A stretch of DNA of 64,000 nucleotides from Roseateles depolymerans (GCA_003241055.1 QFOD01000011.1:75771-139770), one strand, 5' to 3'; shown: positions 46,623 to 58,009, numbered from the stretch's first letter. Notes: generated by a model not told the origin, from the letters alone. Translations and numbers: made by a program.

Positions 46623-47606
46623 TCAGCGGAAGTCGTCGTTCGGCTGCATGGACAGCACCAGGTCGCGCGACGCGGCGCGTGCCCGGCCTGCGGCCTTGGC
46701 CGCGTAGAGCGCCTGGTCCGCCGCGCGGACCAGTGCTTGAGCGCTGCCATCGTCCGCCAGCGGAGCAAGGCCTGGCTGGCTGGTCCAGGCCAGCCAGTGC
46801 GGATTGGCCGCGTCCATGCTGCTCAGGCCGAGGCTGGCCGTCACGTGTGAACGCGTGGGGGACATGGCGTGCGCGATCTGCTCCACTTCCAGCGCCTCGC
46901 CGATGAAGCGGGCCACATGGGCGGCACCGTGCCGGTCGGTCTGCGGCATCAGCAGCGCGAACTCCTCGCCACCGATACGGGCCACCAGGTCGGCCGGGCG
47001 CTGGCAGGCCCGCCGGAGGATCTGAGCGATGCTGCGCAGGCAGGCGTCGCCGGCCGGATGGCCGTAGTGATCGTTGAAGCGCTTGAAGTGATCGATGTCG
47101 ATCAGGATGAGGCTCAGCGGCTGGGCGTCGCGTCGCCCGCGGCGCCACTCCTTGACGATGGAGTCATCGAAGCGACGCCGGTTGGCCACTTCGGTCAGCG
47201 CGTCGACATGGGTCAGTCGTCGAAGCTCGGCGGTGGCCTCGGCCAGTCGAAGCTGCGTCCGCACCCGGGCCAACAGGGCGGCTGGGCGGACGGGCTTGGT
47301 GACGTAGTCCGCGGCGCCGGCGTCGAACCCGGACACCTCGAAGTCGGCCTCGTCACTGCTGGTGACGAAGATCACCGGGATGTCCGCGGTCGCGGGGTCG
47401 GACTTCAGGATGGCGCAGACCTCGAAGCCGCTGAGGTCGGGCATCTGGGCGTCCAGCACGATGACGCCCGGTTGGAATTCTCCGGCCATGCGGATGGCGT
47501 CCTGTCCGTTGGTCGCAAAGCGGATTTCGCCCAGGCTTTGCAGCAGGTGGCTCATCAGCCGGATGGCGGCAGGATCGTCATCGACCAGAAGAATGCGCTG
47601 ACTCAT
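46623..47606 (-). CDS. REC-GGDEF diguanylate cyclase
   Basis: LVDDD, VLDAQMP, DIDHFKRFND, RPADLVARIGGEEF. Confidence 0.92.
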   Translation of the reverse strand: MSQRILLVDDDPAAIRLMSHLLQSLGEIRFATNGQDAIRMAGEFQPGVIVLDAQMPDLSGFEVCAILKSDPATADIPVIFVTSSDEADFEVSGFDAGAADYVTKPVRPAALLARVRTQLRLAEATAELRRLTHVDALTEVANRRRFDDSIVKEWRRGRRDAQPLSLILIDIDHFKRFNDHYGHPAGDACLRSIAQILRRACQRPADLVARIGGEEFALLMPQTDRHGAAHVARFIGEALEVEQIAHAMSPTRSHVTASLGLSSMDAANPHWLAWTSQPGLAPLADDGSAQALVRAADQALYAAKAAGRARAASRDLVLSMQPNDDFR

Positions 47607-47616
47607 GGCCTTGGCA

Positions 47617-49563
47617 TCAGGCGGACGCAGCCTGGGTCGGCAACGCAGGCGCGCGGTGCAGGATGACGGCGAAGCGGCTGCCTTGCCCAGGCTGGCTGCT
47701 GACCTCCAGGTGTCCGCCCATGGCCTCGATCAGCTGTCGCGTGACCACCAGGCCCAGGCCGGTCCCCGGCACCTTGGTGTCGTCCCGTCCGAGCCGGTTG
47801 AACGGCTCGAACAGGTGCTGCATCTGAAGATCGGTCATGCCCGTGCCGGTGTCGCTGATGGCGATTTCCAGGCAGTCGTCCAGCGTCCTCAGCGTGACGC
47901 TGACCTGCCCGCCACGCCGGTTGTACTTGATGCCGTTGCTGAGGAGGTTGATCAGACACTGCCGCAGGCGGTTGGCGTCGGCCAGCACCCAGTGCTGATC
48001 GGCCTCGACGGGCGCGCAGTCGAGCCGGACCTCGACCTGATCGGCCAGGGCCGCTGCGGCGCGCAAGGCCTCGTTGACCACGTCGGCTGCGCGCACCGGC
48101 TGCGGCGTGATCACCAGCCGGCCCAGCTCGTAGTGCCCGAGATCGGTCAGATCCTTCATCAGTGCCGTGAGCTGCACACAGCCGGCTTCGATCATCTGCA
48201 GGCGGTGGGCCTGGGTGTCGTTCAGCGGCGCCGTGGCGTCGCTGCGCAGCGCTTGCGTGAAGCCGAGGATGCACTTCAGCGGGTTGTCGATTTCATGGGC
48301 GACGTACGAGATCATCAAGGCCTTGGTGCGGTTCGAGGCCTCAGCGGCCGCACGGGCGCTGGCTTCGGCCTGCAGTCGCTCGCGGTCGCTCAGGTCGCGC
48401 AGCATCAGCGTGGTCAGGCGCATGCTGCCGTCGCCGACATGTGACACCGAGACCTCGGCCGGCAGCGCGGCGCCATCGTCACGGCTGACCAAGACGCGAC
48501 GTGATGCCGTGGCCTGCGTCAGCGGCAGTCCAGGTAGCCGGGGTGCCAGCAGTGCGGCTGCGGGCATGCCGGGCGTCCGCTGAGGGTCCAGCTGGAGCAT
48601 GCGGCCGGCGGCGGCGTTCATCAGCACGATGAGGCCCTCGGCGTTGATCGTGACGATGGCGTCGGACGCTCCTTCGATTACGGCGGCCTGTCGCTCGGAC
48701 GTCAGGCGCTGCCCCTGGGTTGCCGCGGTGGCCAGCTCGATGTCCGAGCGGCGTTTGAGTTCCAGCAGATTGCGGACGCGGGCCTTGAGTATGGGTGGCG
48801 AATAAGGCTTGATGACGAAGTCGGTGGCCCCGAGCGCCAGGGCCTTGGCTTCGTACTGGAAATTGGCCAGCCGTGTCACGAAGACGATGGGCACCTGCCT
48901 GAGCTGCGGGTCTGCCTGCAGTCGGCTGCAGAGCTCGAATCCGTCCATGCCCGACATGAGCGCATCGATCAGCACCAGATCGGGCTGCCACGAGCGTGCC
49001 ATGTCCATCGCATCCCGGCCCTGTTGAACCGCGCGCACCTCGCCGACCCCGCTCAGCGTGTGCCTGAGCATCTCGATCGCACCTTCGTCATCGTCCACGG
49101 CCATCAGCCGAAACGGGCCGCTGTGGAGCAGGCTCGCCGCGGCCGGGCTGGCCTGTGCAACCTCCTGCTTGGACTGCTTGAGGCGCTCGGCGTTCCTGAG
49201 GATGGCGGCCACGCGTGCCTGCAGCTGCTCGCTAAGAAAGGGCTTGATGACGAAATCCGCTGCGCCGAGCTGAAGTGCTTCGACGCGGGTTTCCTGCGTG
49301 TCGTCGCTGGTGACGAAGAGCACCGGCACGTCCGCCAGCATCGGGTCGCTCTTGAGCAGTGCACAGAGCTGGGTGCCCGACATGCCGGGCATTTCCATGT
49401 CTATGAGCATCAGGTCCGGCGGCTCGGCGCGCGCCAGATGCAGGGCCTGGGCGCCGGACGTGGCGAGTCGCTGATCGCCGTAGGCGGACAGTATCCGACT
49501 CAATGCTCTCAGTGTGGTCGCGTCGTCGTCGACCAGCAGAAGCCTTGGCCCGCGCGGATTCAT
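47617..49563 (-). CDS. REC-REC-PAS histidine kinase
   Basis: Two receiver domains, PAS, VAHEIDNPL, NLLSNGIKY, GTGLGL. Confidence 0.9.
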   Translation of the reverse strand: MNPRGPRLLLVDDDATTLRALSRILSAYGDQRLATSGAQALHLARAEPPDLMLIDMEMPGMSGTQLCALLKSDPMLADVPVLFVTSDDTQETRVEALQLGAADFVIKPFLSEQLQARVAAILRNAERLKQSKQEVAQASPAAASLLHSGPFRLMAVDDDEGAIEMLRHTLSGVGEVRAVQQGRDAMDMARSWQPDLVLIDALMSGMDGFELCSRLQADPQLRQVPIVFVTRLANFQYEAKALALGATDFVIKPYSPPILKARVRNLLELKRRSDIELATAATQGQRLTSERQAAVIEGASDAIVTINAEGLIVLMNAAAGRMLQLDPQRTPGMPAAALLAPRLPGLPLTQATASRRVLVSRDDGAALPAEVSVSHVGDGSMRLTTLMLRDLSDRERLQAEASARAAAEASNRTKALMISYVAHEIDNPLKCILGFTQALRSDATAPLNDTQAHRLQMIEAGCVQLTALMKDLTDLGHYELGRLVITPQPVRAADVVNEALRAAAALADQVEVRLDCAPVEADQHWVLADANRLRQCLINLLSNGIKYNRRGGQVSVTLRTLDDCLEIAISDTGTGMTDLQMQHLFEPFNRLGRDDTKVPGTGLGLVVTRQLIEAMGGHLEVSSQPGQGSRFAVILHRAPALPTQAASA

Positions 49564-49797
49564 GCAACTCTCCGGGTCAGGTCTTGCCTTTGTCATGCCG
49601 CCCTGGCAGATCGGCCGGGGGCCGACTAGTCGAGGCGGTGTATGCGGGTGATGCTAACGCGCCGAAGCGGGGCTGGCGAGCTTGCCCCGGGCAGATTTGC
49701 GGTTTCGTCGCGGCAGCGGGTGGCGCCCGATGCTTCTACCCCTCGCAGTGGTACCGAAAGGCACCGCCAGCGAGGGGAGGGCAGTTGGTGCGGTGCC

Positions 49798-51123
49798 TCA
49801 GTCCTGGACGGCGGCTGCGCGCAGCCGCTTGTTGACGCGCAATGCCAGCAGCGTTGTTGCAACGCCAGAAAGCAGGTACAGGCTGACGGCGACCAGGCCG
49901 AATCGGGACGACAGGTACAGCGCGATGACGGGTGCAAATGCCGCACCGAGCAGCCACGACATGTCGGCGGAGAGCGCTGCGCCGGTGTAGCGGAAATGCG
50001 GCAGGAAGTTGGAGGTCACGGCGCCAGCCGCCTGGCCATAGGACAGCCCCAGCAGCACGAACCCGATCAGGATGAAGGCTGCCTGCCCGGGAGCCCCGCC
50101 GCCAAGCATGACCGGAGCGAAGATCGCAAACACGCCGATGGCCACGGCCAGGGTGCCGAGGAAGCTGCGTCGGCCGACCCGATCGGAGATCAGGCCGGAC
50201 ATGGGCATGGCAACGGCCCCGAAGGCAGCGCCGAGCAGTTCGACCTTCATGAAATCGGCGACCCGGTGCTCGGAGTACAGCGCGATCCAGGACAGCGGGA
50301 ATACGCTGACCAGGTGGAAGAGGGCATAGCTGGCCAGCGCAGCGAAGGCGCCGATCAGAATGTGCTGGCCCTGAGCGGGCAACAGTTCGCTGAGCGGTGC
50401 GGGGTCGAGCTCGTGCTCTTCCATGCGGCGTTCGTACTCATGGGTGACGACCAGGCGAAGCCGGGCGAAAAGCGCCACCACGTTGATCGCGAAAGCGGTG
50501 AAGAACGGGAAGCGCCAGCCCCAGGAAAGAAAGTCCTTGGCGGGCAGGCTGTCGTAGACGTAGAGGAAGACGCCGGACGCCACAAAGAACCCGAGCGGCG
50601 CGCCGAGCTGGCCGAGCATCGAATACCAGCCCCGCTTGTCCGGCGGGGCGTTCAGCGCCAGTAGCGAGGGCAGTCCGTCCCATGAGCCACCGAGGGCCAG
50701 ACCTTGCCCGATCCGGCACAGGATGAGCAGACCGATCGCGGCCGCGCCTGCCGTTTCGTAGTTCGGCACCAGGGCCATGCTGACCGTGGAGCATCCAAGC
50801 AACAGCAAGGCCGTGCTCAGCTTCGCGGAGCGGCCAAATTTTTGCTGAATCGTCATGCCGATCAGCGTGCCTATCGGTCGGACGACAAAAGCTAGTGCGA
50901 AAATGAGGAAAGCGTAAAGCGTGCCGGTGAGGCGGTCTGCAAACGGGAAGAAGATGTGCGGGAACACCAGCACACAGGCGATCCCGAAAACAAAGAAATC
51001 GAAATATTCGGATGCTCGTCCGATGATGACGCCGACCGCGATATCGCCGGGGGCGAGTTCGTCGTCGTGTGCGACGGATGGGCCGGTTGTCGGGGTGACC
51101 AGGGTACTGCTTGCGCTTGTCAT
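49798..51123 (-). CDS. MFS transporter (MHS/ShiA-like)
   Basis: SEYFDFFVFG, RPIG, WGWRFPF, SDRVGRR; about 12 TM; AAGGAG RBS. Confidence 0.9.
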   Translation of the reverse strand: MTSASSTLVTPTTGPSVAHDDELAPGDIAVGVIIGRASEYFDFFVFGIACVLVFPHIFFPFADRLTGTLYAFLIFALAFVVRPIGTLIGMTIQQKFGRSAKLSTALLLLGCSTVSMALVPNYETAGAAAIGLLILCRIGQGLALGGSWDGLPSLLALNAPPDKRGWYSMLGQLGAPLGFFVASGVFLYVYDSLPAKDFLSWGWRFPFFTAFAINVVALFARLRLVVTHEYERRMEEHELDPAPLSELLPAQGQHILIGAFAALASYALFHLVSVFPLSWIALYSEHRVADFMKVELLGAAFGAVAMPMSGLISDRVGRRSFLGTLAVAIGVFAIFAPVMLGGGAPGQAAFILIGFVLLGLSYGQAAGAVTSNFLPHFRYTGAALSADMSWLLGAAFAPVIALYLSSRFGLVAVSLYLLSGVATTLLALRVNKRLRAAAVQD

Positions 51124-51146
51124 AGCCACTTGTCTCCTTATGTCAC

Positions 51147-51163
51147 TAGGACAAAATGTCCTA
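51147..51163. promoter_or_regulatory. Palindromic operator, possibly for the RegA-like regulator
   Basis: TAGGACA-AAA-TGTCCTA perfect inverted repeat. Confidence 0.55.
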
Positions 51164-51166
51164 TCG

Positions 51167-51180
51167 TTGATTTGCATCAA
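51167..51180. promoter_or_regulatory. FNR/Anr box
   Basis: TTGAT-TTGC-ATCAA, exact consensus TTGAT-N4-ATCAA. Confidence 0.8.
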
Positions 51181-51236
51181 TCAACTTACATTTCGGACCC
51201 ACGTGCAAGATCGTTAACCCTCGCGCGTTTACTCGG

Positions 51237-52319
51237 ATGTACCACAAGTTGCCCTCCCTGTCTCGTGCCCTGGCCTGGGGTTCTGCCCTGGCGACCAGCC
51301 TGGCCCTGAGTGGTTGTGACCTGATCGTGATGAAGCCTTTCGGCGACATCGCGGAGCAGCAGTCGCAGCTGATCGTCACTGCGACCTTGTTGATGTTGCT
51401 GATCATCGTTCCGGTGATCGCGCTGACGCTGTACTTCGCGTACCGCTATCGTCAGTCCAACACCGAGGCCACCTACACGCCCGACTGGGACCACTCGACG
51501 CGTCTCGAGCTGCTGATCTGGGGTGCTCCGCTCCTGATCATCATTGCGCTGGGAGCGATCACCTGGATCACCACGCACAAACTGGATCCCTATCGTCCGC
51601 TGGACCGGGTCGCCGAAGGCCGGCCGCTCGCGCCCGAGGTGAAGCCGCTGGTCGTGCAGGCCGTGGCGATGGACTGGAAGTGGCTGTTCATCTATCCGGA
51701 GCAGGGCATCGCCACGGTCAATGAGATGGCCGCCCCGGTGGACCGTCCCATCCGCATCCACATGACCGCGACCTCGGTGATGAACACGTTCTACGTGCCG
51801 GCGCTGGCGGGCATGGTGTACGCGATGCCGGGTATGGAAACGCAGCTGAACGCCGTGATCAACAAGGCTGGTGTGTACGACGGTCTGTCGGCCCACTACA
51901 GCGGCGCTGGCTTCTCGGACATGCGTTTCAAGTTCCACGGTCTGAGCAACGACGACTTCGCCAAGTGGGTCGAGGGCAACCGCGGCGCTGGTGCCGTGCT
52001 GTCCCGCGCCGACTACATGAAGCTCGAGCAGCCGAGCATCAAGGACCCCATCCGCCGCTTTGCGAGCGTTGAGGCGGGCCTGTGGGGCGCGATCCTGAAT
52101 CGCTGTGTCGACGGCCGCAAGATGTGCTCCGACCAGATGATGGCCATCGACGCTGCTGGCGGCGCCGGCAAGGGTGGCGTGGCGGGCACGATGCCCAGCG
52201 CCTGGCGCGACATCGAAGGCGTTCGTCGCGAGCGCAAGGTGGTGGCAGCCCTGTGCACGCCGACCAATCCGCTGGGCCTGCCCACCGAAGTTGCCGGCGC
52301 GCAAGCGTCCCAGAACTGA
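51237..52319 (+). CDS. cyoA: Ubiquinol oxidase subunit II
   Basis: Lipobox [35 protein letters not shown]; no CuA cysteines. Confidence 0.94.
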   Translation: MYHKLPSLSRALAWGSALATSLALSGCDLIVMKPFGDIAEQQSQLIVTATLLMLLIIVPVIALTLYFAYRYRQSNTEATYTPDWDHSTRLELLIWGAPLLIIIALGAITWITTHKLDPYRPLDRVAEGRPLAPEVKPLVVQAVAMDWKWLFIYPEQGIATVNEMAAPVDRPIRIHMTATSVMNTFYVPALAGMVYAMPGMETQLNAVINKAGVYDGLSAHYSGAGFSDMRFKFHGLSNDDFAKWVEGNRGAGAVLSRADYMKLEQPSIKDPIRRFASVEAGLWGAILNRCVDGRKMCSDQMMAIDAAGGAGKGGVAGTMPSAWRDIEGVRRERKVVAALCTPTNPLGLPTEVAGAQASQN

Positions 52320-52327
52320 GCACCAAG

Positions 52328-54325
52328 ATGTCGTCTGAATCCTTGCATCCCATCCTGGGTCGCCTCAGTCTTGAGGCGATTCCCTATCACGAGCCCATCC
52401 TGATCGGCACCTTCGCCGGTGTGGCGGTGGGTGGTCTGGCGCTGCTGGCGCTGATCACCAAGTTCCGTCTGTGGGGCACGCTGTGGCGCGACTGGTTCAC
52501 CAGCATCGACCACAAGAAGATCGGCATCATGTACATCGTGCTGGGTGTCGTGATGCTGCTGCGCGGCTTTGCCGACGCCATCATGATGCGCGCGCATCAG
52601 GCCATGTCCTTCGGGGACAACATGGGCTTCCTGCCGCCGCACCACTACGACCAGGTGTTCACGGCCCACGGCGTGATCATGATCTTCTTCGTCGCGATGC
52701 CGCTCGTGACGGGCTTCATGAACTATGTCGTGCCGTTGCAGATCGGTGCGCGCGACGTGGCGTTCCCGTTCCTGAACAACTTCAGCTTCTGGATGACGGC
52801 CGGTGGCGCCGTGCTGGTGATGCTGTCGCTGTTCATCGGTGAATTCGCCAAGACCGGCTGGCTGGCCTTCCCGCCGCTGTCGGGTCTGATGGCGAGTCCG
52901 GATGTGGGGGTGGACTACTACCTCTGGTCACTCCAGATCGCGGGGGTGGGCACGACGCTCTCGGGCATCAACCTGATCGCCACCATCATCAAGATGCGCG
53001 CGCCGGGCATGACGATGATGAAGATGCCCGTCTTCACCTGGACGTCGCTGTGCACCAACGTGCTGATCGTCGCGACCTTCCCGATCCTGGCCGCCACGCT
53101 GGCCCTGCTGACGGCTGACCGCTATCTGGGCACCAACTTCTTCACGAGCGACCTGGGCGGCAACCCCATGCTGTACGTGAACCTGATCTGGATCTGGGGT
53201 CACCCCGAGGTCTACATCCTGGTGCTGCCGGTGTTCGGCATCTTCTCGGAAGTCGTGTCGACGTTCAGCCGCAAGAAGCTGTTCGGCTACGCCTCGATGG
53301 TCTACGCGACGGTGGTCATCACCATCCTGTCCTACCTCGTGTGGCTGCACCACTTCTTCACGATGGGTTCGGGTGCCAGCGTGAACTCGTTCTTCGGCAT
53401 CACGACGATGATCATCTCGATCCCGACGGGCGCGAAGATCTTCAACTGGCTGTTCACGATGTACCGTGGCCGCATCAAGTTCGACGTGCCGATGCTCTGG
53501 ACGGTGGGCTTCATGGTGACCTTCGTCATCGGTGGCATGACCGGCGTGATGCTGGCGGTGCCGGCGGCCGACTTCGTGCTGCACAACAGCCTGTTCCTGA
53601 TCGCCCACTTCCACAACGTCATCATCGGCGGCGTGGTGTTCGGCGTGTTCGCCGGCATCAACTTCTGGTTCCCCAAGGCCTTCGGTTTCCGCCTGGACCC
53701 GTTCTGGGGCAAGGTGTCGTTCTGGTGCTGGCTGATCGGCTTCTGGGTCGCATTCACGCCGCTGTACGTGCTGGGCCTGATGGGCGTGACCCGTCGTGTC
53801 AGCCACTTCGACGATCCGTCGCTGCAGATCTGGTTCATCATCGCGGCCTGCGGCGGCGCCATCATCGCCTGCGGCATCGGCGCCTTCCTGGTCCAGATCT
53901 TCGTGAGCTTCATGCGCCGCGACAAGCTGCGTGATGTGACCGGCGACATCTGGGAAGGTCGCACGCTGGAATGGTCGACCTCGTCGCCCCCGCCGGACTA
54001 CAACTTCGCCTTCACGCCCATCGTTCACGAACTGGACGCCTGGGACGACATGAAGAAGCGCGGTGCCCAGCGTCCGCTGGACGGCTTCATGCCCATCCAC
54101 ATGCCCAAGAACACCTGGGCGGGCTTCGTCATCGCCATGCTGGCCACGGCCATGGGTTTTGCGCTGATCTGGCACATGTGGCTGATCGCCGGCGTCACCT
54201 TCGCCGCCACCGTGATCACCGCCATCGTGCACACCTTCAACTACGACCGCGATTACCACATCCCGGCGGATTCCGTGGCCAAGACCGAAGCCGAGCGCAC
54301 CCGTGCGCTGTCTGCGGCGGCCTGA
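52328..54325 (+). CDS. cyoB: Ubiquinol oxidase subunit I
   Basis: [38 protein letters not shown]. Confidence 0.96.
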   Translation: MSSESLHPILGRLSLEAIPYHEPILIGTFAGVAVGGLALLALITKFRLWGTLWRDWFTSIDHKKIGIMYIVLGVVMLLRGFADAIMMRAHQAMSFGDNMGFLPPHHYDQVFTAHGVIMIFFVAMPLVTGFMNYVVPLQIGARDVAFPFLNNFSFWMTAGGAVLVMLSLFIGEFAKTGWLAFPPLSGLMASPDVGVDYYLWSLQIAGVGTTLSGINLIATIIKMRAPGMTMMKMPVFTWTSLCTNVLIVATFPILAATLALLTADRYLGTNFFTSDLGGNPMLYVNLIWIWGHPEVYILVLPVFGIFSEVVSTFSRKKLFGYASMVYATVVITILSYLVWLHHFFTMGSGASVNSFFGITTMIISIPTGAKIFNWLFTMYRGRIKFDVPMLWTVGFMVTFVIGGMTGVMLAVPAADFVLHNSLFLIAHFHNVIIGGVVFGVFAGINFWFPKAFGFRLDPFWGKVSFWCWLIGFWVAFTPLYVLGLMGVTRRVSHFDDPSLQIWFIIAACGGAIIACGIGAFLVQIFVSFMRRDKLRDVTGDIWEGRTLEWSTSSPPPDYNFAFTPIVHELDAWDDMKKRGAQRPLDGFMPIHMPKNTWAGFVIAMLATAMGFALIWHMWLIAGVTFAATVITAIVHTFNYDRDYHIPADSVAKTEAERTRALSAAA

Positions 54326-54340
54326 CCGGGAGATCCAGAA

Positions 54341-54961
54341 ATGACTGCTTCCGTGACTGCCAACGCCTCGGGTGCACCGGTCTTCTTCGACCGCAGCGAG
54401 CACCATGCGCAGCCCAGCACCCTGCTCGGGTTCTGGATCTACCTGATGAGCGACTGCCTCATCTTCGCGGTGCTGTTCGGCACCTACGCCGTGCTGGGTC
54501 GCAACTATGCGGCTGGCCCGTCGGGTGCCGACCTCTTCGACCTGCCGCTGGTGGCGCTGAACACGGCCCTGCTGCTGTTCTCGTCCATCACCTACGGCAT
54601 GGCGATGATCGCGATGCTGCACCGTCGCAAGGGCCAGGTGCTGGCCTGGCTGGCCATCACCGGCCTGCTGGGGCTGGGCTTCCTGTCCATCGAGCTGTAC
54701 GAGTTCGCCCACCTCATCCATGAGGGGGCAGGCCCGCAGCGCAGCGCCTTCCTGTCCAGCTTCTTCACGCTGGTCGGCACGCACGGTCTGCACGTGTTCT
54801 TCGGCAGCATCTGGCTGGTGGTGCTGATGGTTCAGGTCAGCAAGGCAGGCCTGACCGAGCCCAACCGTCGTCGTCTGATCTGCCTCTCGATGTTCTGGCA
54901 CTTCTTGGACGTCGTCTGGATCGGCGTCTTCACCTTCGTCTACCTGATGGGAGTGCTGTGA
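54341..54961 (+). CDS. cyoC: Ubiquinol oxidase subunit III
   Basis: [28 protein letters not shown]. Confidence 0.95.
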   Translation: MTASVTANASGAPVFFDRSEHHAQPSTLLGFWIYLMSDCLIFAVLFGTYAVLGRNYAAGPSGADLFDLPLVALNTALLLFSSITYGMAMIAMLHRRKGQVLAWLAITGLLGLGFLSIELYEFAHLIHEGAGPQRSAFLSSFFTLVGTHGLHVFFGSIWLVVLMVQVSKAGLTEPNRRRLICLSMFWHFLDVVWIGVFTFVYLMGVL

Positions 54962-55341
54962 TGGCCGCCGATCTGCATAACGCCCACCACGATGACCACC
55001 ACGGCGACGACGGCTACCACGCCACCGTCAAGGGCTATGTCGTCGGCTTCGTGCTGTCGGTCATCCTGACCGCCATCCCGTTCTGGCTGGTGATGGCCAA
55101 GGTGCTGCCCAACGGCACCACCGGCTTCGTGATCCTGGGTTTCGCGGCCGTGCAGATGGTCGTGCACATGATCTATTTCCTGCACATGAACGCCAAGGTC
55201 GAGGGCGGCTGGTCCATGCTGGCGCTGCTGTTCACGATCGCCCTGGTCGTCATCATGCTGGCGGGGTCGATCTGGGTCATGTACCACATGAACACCAACA
55301 TGATGCCCACGCCCGATCCCGCGGCGATGCGCAATATGTAA
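54958..55341 (+). CDS. cyoD: Ubiquinol oxidase subunit IV
   Basis: [31 protein letters not shown]. Confidence 0.94.
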   Translation: MMAADLHNAHHDDHHGDDGYHATVKGYVVGFVLSVILTAIPFWLVMAKVLPNGTTGFVILGFAAVQMVVHMIYFLHMNAKVEGGWSMLALLFTIALVVIMLAGSIWVMYHMNTNMMPTPDPAAMRNM

Positions 55342-55348
55342 TCCGCTG

Positions 55349-56071
55349 ATGAAGCAGACCGCGCGTATTGCGTGGGTGGGCGCCGCGTTGCTGGCCATGG
55401 CCGGTTTCGCGGCGCTCGGCATTTGGCAGGTCGAACGTCTGGGCTGGAAGCGTGAGCTGATGGCCCGTGTCGAACGGCAGATGCAGGCCGAGCCCCAGCC
55501 TTTGCCCACATCGTCTTCCTGGACCACGCCCGCCCGCTCGGAGGAATACCGACGCCTGCGCCTCACGGGCCATTTCGAACCCAAGGAGGTGCTGGTGCAG
55601 GCCAGCACCGAACTCGGCGGCGGCCATTGGGTGCTTGCGCCCTTGCGTACGGCAGATGGTGGTGTCGTGCTGGTGAACCGGGGCTTCGTGCCGCCGGAGC
55701 ATCAGGCACAGGCGGCGCACGAAGCCGCGCCTCAGACATCGATCGAGCTCGTGGGGCTGCTGCGTCTGAGCGAGCCGCACGGCGGCCTGCTGCGCGCCAA
55801 TGTGCCTGAGCAGGGCCGCTGGTATTCGCGGGACGTGGCCGCCATCGCGGCGCATCTCGGCCTGGCCGGGCCGGTCGCGCCGTTCTTTGTGGACGAGGTG
55901 GCGGATCCGGCGAAGCCGCAGCGTTGGCCACGGCCAGGGCTGACCGTGCTGCGCTTCAACAACAACCACGCCGTGTATGCGGCCACCTGGTTCGCGCTGG
56001 CGGCCATGGTCGCCGCAGCGGCGGGCTATCTGGTGCTGGACGGCCGGCGGCGCCGGCGCGACGCGGCTTGA
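55349..56071 (+). CDS. SURF1 family protein
   Basis: LGIWQVERLGWK, VLVNRGFVP, NNHAVYAATWF. Confidence 0.92.
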   Translation: MKQTARIAWVGAALLAMAGFAALGIWQVERLGWKRELMARVERQMQAEPQPLPTSSSWTTPARSEEYRRLRLTGHFEPKEVLVQASTELGGGHWVLAPLRTADGGVVLVNRGFVPPEHQAQAAHEAAPQTSIELVGLLRLSEPHGGLLRANVPEQGRWYSRDVAAIAAHLGLAGPVAPFFVDEVADPAKPQRWPRPGLTVLRFNNNHAVYAATWFALAAMVAAAAGYLVLDGRRRRRDAA

Positions 56072-57417
56072 GCCCGGACACCACCGCCGCGCCGCTGCTG
56101 CGTGCATCTGCCGCGGCGCCCGAGAGCCGTGCCGGGCTGAAGAACCTGCGGCAGCTCATCGAGATGCGGGCGCTGGCCGTGGCCGGCCAGCTGGCCACGG
56201 TGCTGGTGGTGGATGGCTCGCTCGGCATTCCGCTGCCGCGCGCGGAGATGCTGACACTGCTGTCCGCGCTGGCGCTGTTCAATCTGCTGTGTCTGTGGCG
56301 TTCGCGCTGGCCGAGGCCGGTGTCGCAGATCGAGTTGTGTCTAGGCCTGCTGGTCGATGTGGCCGCGCTGACCGGTCAGCTCTACTTCTCGGGTGGAAGC
56401 GACAACCCCTTCATCTACCTGTACGTGCTTCAGGTGGCCATCGCCTCGGTGCTGTTGAGACCCGCTGCGCTGTGGGTCGTGGTGGTCAGCGCCGTGGCGG
56501 GCTTTCTGGCGCTCACTCAGTGGCATCGGCCCTTGCTGCTGGACCCGCAGTTCTCCGGCTCGCTGCCGCCCAACTACGTCGGCGGGCTGCTGCTGTGCTT
56601 CGTGCTCAACGTGGTGCTGCTCAGCGTGTTCATCGTGCGCATCAGCCGCAATCTGCGCCAGCTCGATGCCGAGCTCGCCGACCTCCGCCAGCGCGCGGCT
56701 GAGGAGGTGCACATCGTGCGCATGGGCCTGCTGGCCAGTGGCGCCGCGCACGAGCTGGGCACACCGCTGTCGACGATCAGCGTGATCCTGGGCGATTGGG
56801 CGCATATGGCGCCATTCGCTGCCGAGCCGGAGCTGCGGGAGGAGATCGAGGAGATGCAGCAGCAGATCCTGCGCTGCAAGGCCATCGTCAGCGGCATCCT
56901 GATGTCCGCGGGCGAGATGCGGGGCGAGGCGCCGCGGCTGACCACGCTGGAGGCCTTCATCGACGGAGTGGCCGAGCGCTGGCGCGAGCGGCGCCAGCCG
57001 GCCGAGCTGCGCGTGGAACGGCAGGGGCTGCCGCAGCTGCAGATCGTGTCTGACAGTGCGCTGCAGCAGGTCATCGGCAATCTGCTGGACAACGCGGCTG
57101 AAGCGGCGCCGGGCACCTGCCTGCGGCTGGTGGCGCGTTGCAGCGACGAGGGCGACGAACTCAGCCTCGGCGTGCTGGATGAAGGGCCGGGTTTCCCGCC
57201 CGAGATGCTCGAGCGCTTTGCCAACCCCTACCAAAGCAGCAAGGGGCAGCCGGGGCGGGGCCTGGGGCTGTTCCTTTCGGCCAATGTCGCGCGCACGCTG
57301 GGCGGGCGACTGGAGGCGCGCAATCGTGAAGAGGGTGGCGCCGCAGTCACCCTGAGCCTGCCGTTGGCTTCGCTGATGCCGCGACAATCGCGGCCCCATG
57401 CCCCTAGAGCCCTCTGA
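56068..57417 (+). CDS. RegB/PrrB/RoxS-like sensor histidine kinase
   Basis: GGSDNPF quinone-binding motif, AAHELGTPL, GRGLGL; TTG start overlapping the SURF1 stop is inferred. Confidence 0.88.
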   Translation: MSPDTTAAPLLRASAAAPESRAGLKNLRQLIEMRALAVAGQLATVLVVDGSLGIPLPRAEMLTLLSALALFNLLCLWRSRWPRPVSQIELCLGLLVDVAALTGQLYFSGGSDNPFIYLYVLQVAIASVLLRPAALWVVVVSAVAGFLALTQWHRPLLLDPQFSGSLPPNYVGGLLLCFVLNVVLLSVFIVRISRNLRQLDAELADLRQRAAEEVHIVRMGLLASGAAHELGTPLSTISVILGDWAHMAPFAAEPELREEIEEMQQQILRCKAIVSGILMSAGEMRGEAPRLTTLEAFIDGVAERWRERRQPAELRVERQGLPQLQIVSDSALQQVIGNLLDNAAEAAPGTCLRLVARCSDEGDELSLGVLDEGPGFPPEMLERFANPYQSSKGQPGRGLGLFLSANVARTLGGRLEARNREEGGAAVTLSLPLASLMPRQSRPHAPRAL

Positions 57418-57958
57418 CCGCCTGCTGCTCATCGTCGAGGACGACGATAGCTTCGCCCGCACCCTGTCCCGATCTTTCGAGCGCCGTGGCTGGCGCGTGC
57501 TGCGGGCCACCAGCCTGGACGAGCTGCGTCGCGTGCTCGACGAATTGCCGGACGACGAGGAGCTGGGCCACGCGGTCGTCGACCTGAAGCTTGCGGCCGG
57601 TGCCTCCGGCCTGGCCTGCGTGCAGCAGCTGCATGGTTGGGATCCCGAGGTGCTGATCGTCGTGCTGACCGGCTATGCCAGCATCGCCACCGCGGTGGAG
57701 GCCATCAAGCTGGGCGCCTGCCATTACCTCGCCAAGCCGGCCAACACCGACGACATCGAGGCCGCGTTCGCGCGCCGCCAGGGGGACGCCGAGGTCGAGG
57801 TCACCGAGCGTCAGACCGCCTCCATCAAGACGCTGGAGTGGGAGCGCATCCACGAGACCCTGGCCGAGACCGGGTTCAACATCAGCGAGACTGCGCGGCG
57901 CCTCGGCATGCACCGTCGCACGCTGGCGCGCAAGCTGGAGAAGCAGCGCATCAAGTAG
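57398..57958 (+). CDS. RegA/PrrA/RoxR-like response regulator
   Basis: LTGYASIATAVEAIKLGA, LEWERI, NISETARRLGMHRRTLARKL. Confidence 0.93.
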   Translation: MPLEPSDRLLLIVEDDDSFARTLSRSFERRGWRVLRATSLDELRRVLDELPDDEELGHAVVDLKLAAGASGLACVQQLHGWDPEVLIVVLTGYASIATAVEAIKLGACHYLAKPANTDDIEAAFARRQGDAEVEVTERQTASIKTLEWERIHETLAETGFNISETARRLGMHRRTLARKLEKQRIK

Positions 57959-57985
57959 CCCCAAGGCCGACCGCCACGGCAGCCA

Positions 57986-58009
57986 AGATAGTTTTGTACG
58001 AAACTATCT
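57986..58009. promoter_or_regulatory. Near-perfect 24-bp palindrome just upstream of the ClC gene
   Basis: AGATAGTTTTGTACGAAACTATCT, one mismatched pair. Confidence 0.6.

Noticed and set aside
49739..49778. GAAA-capped hairpin upstream of the c-di-GMP signalling cluster as a c-di-GMP riboswitch
   Set aside because: Lacks the GEMM consensus and the GAAA loop is on the opposite strand to those genes; more likely the MFS terminator
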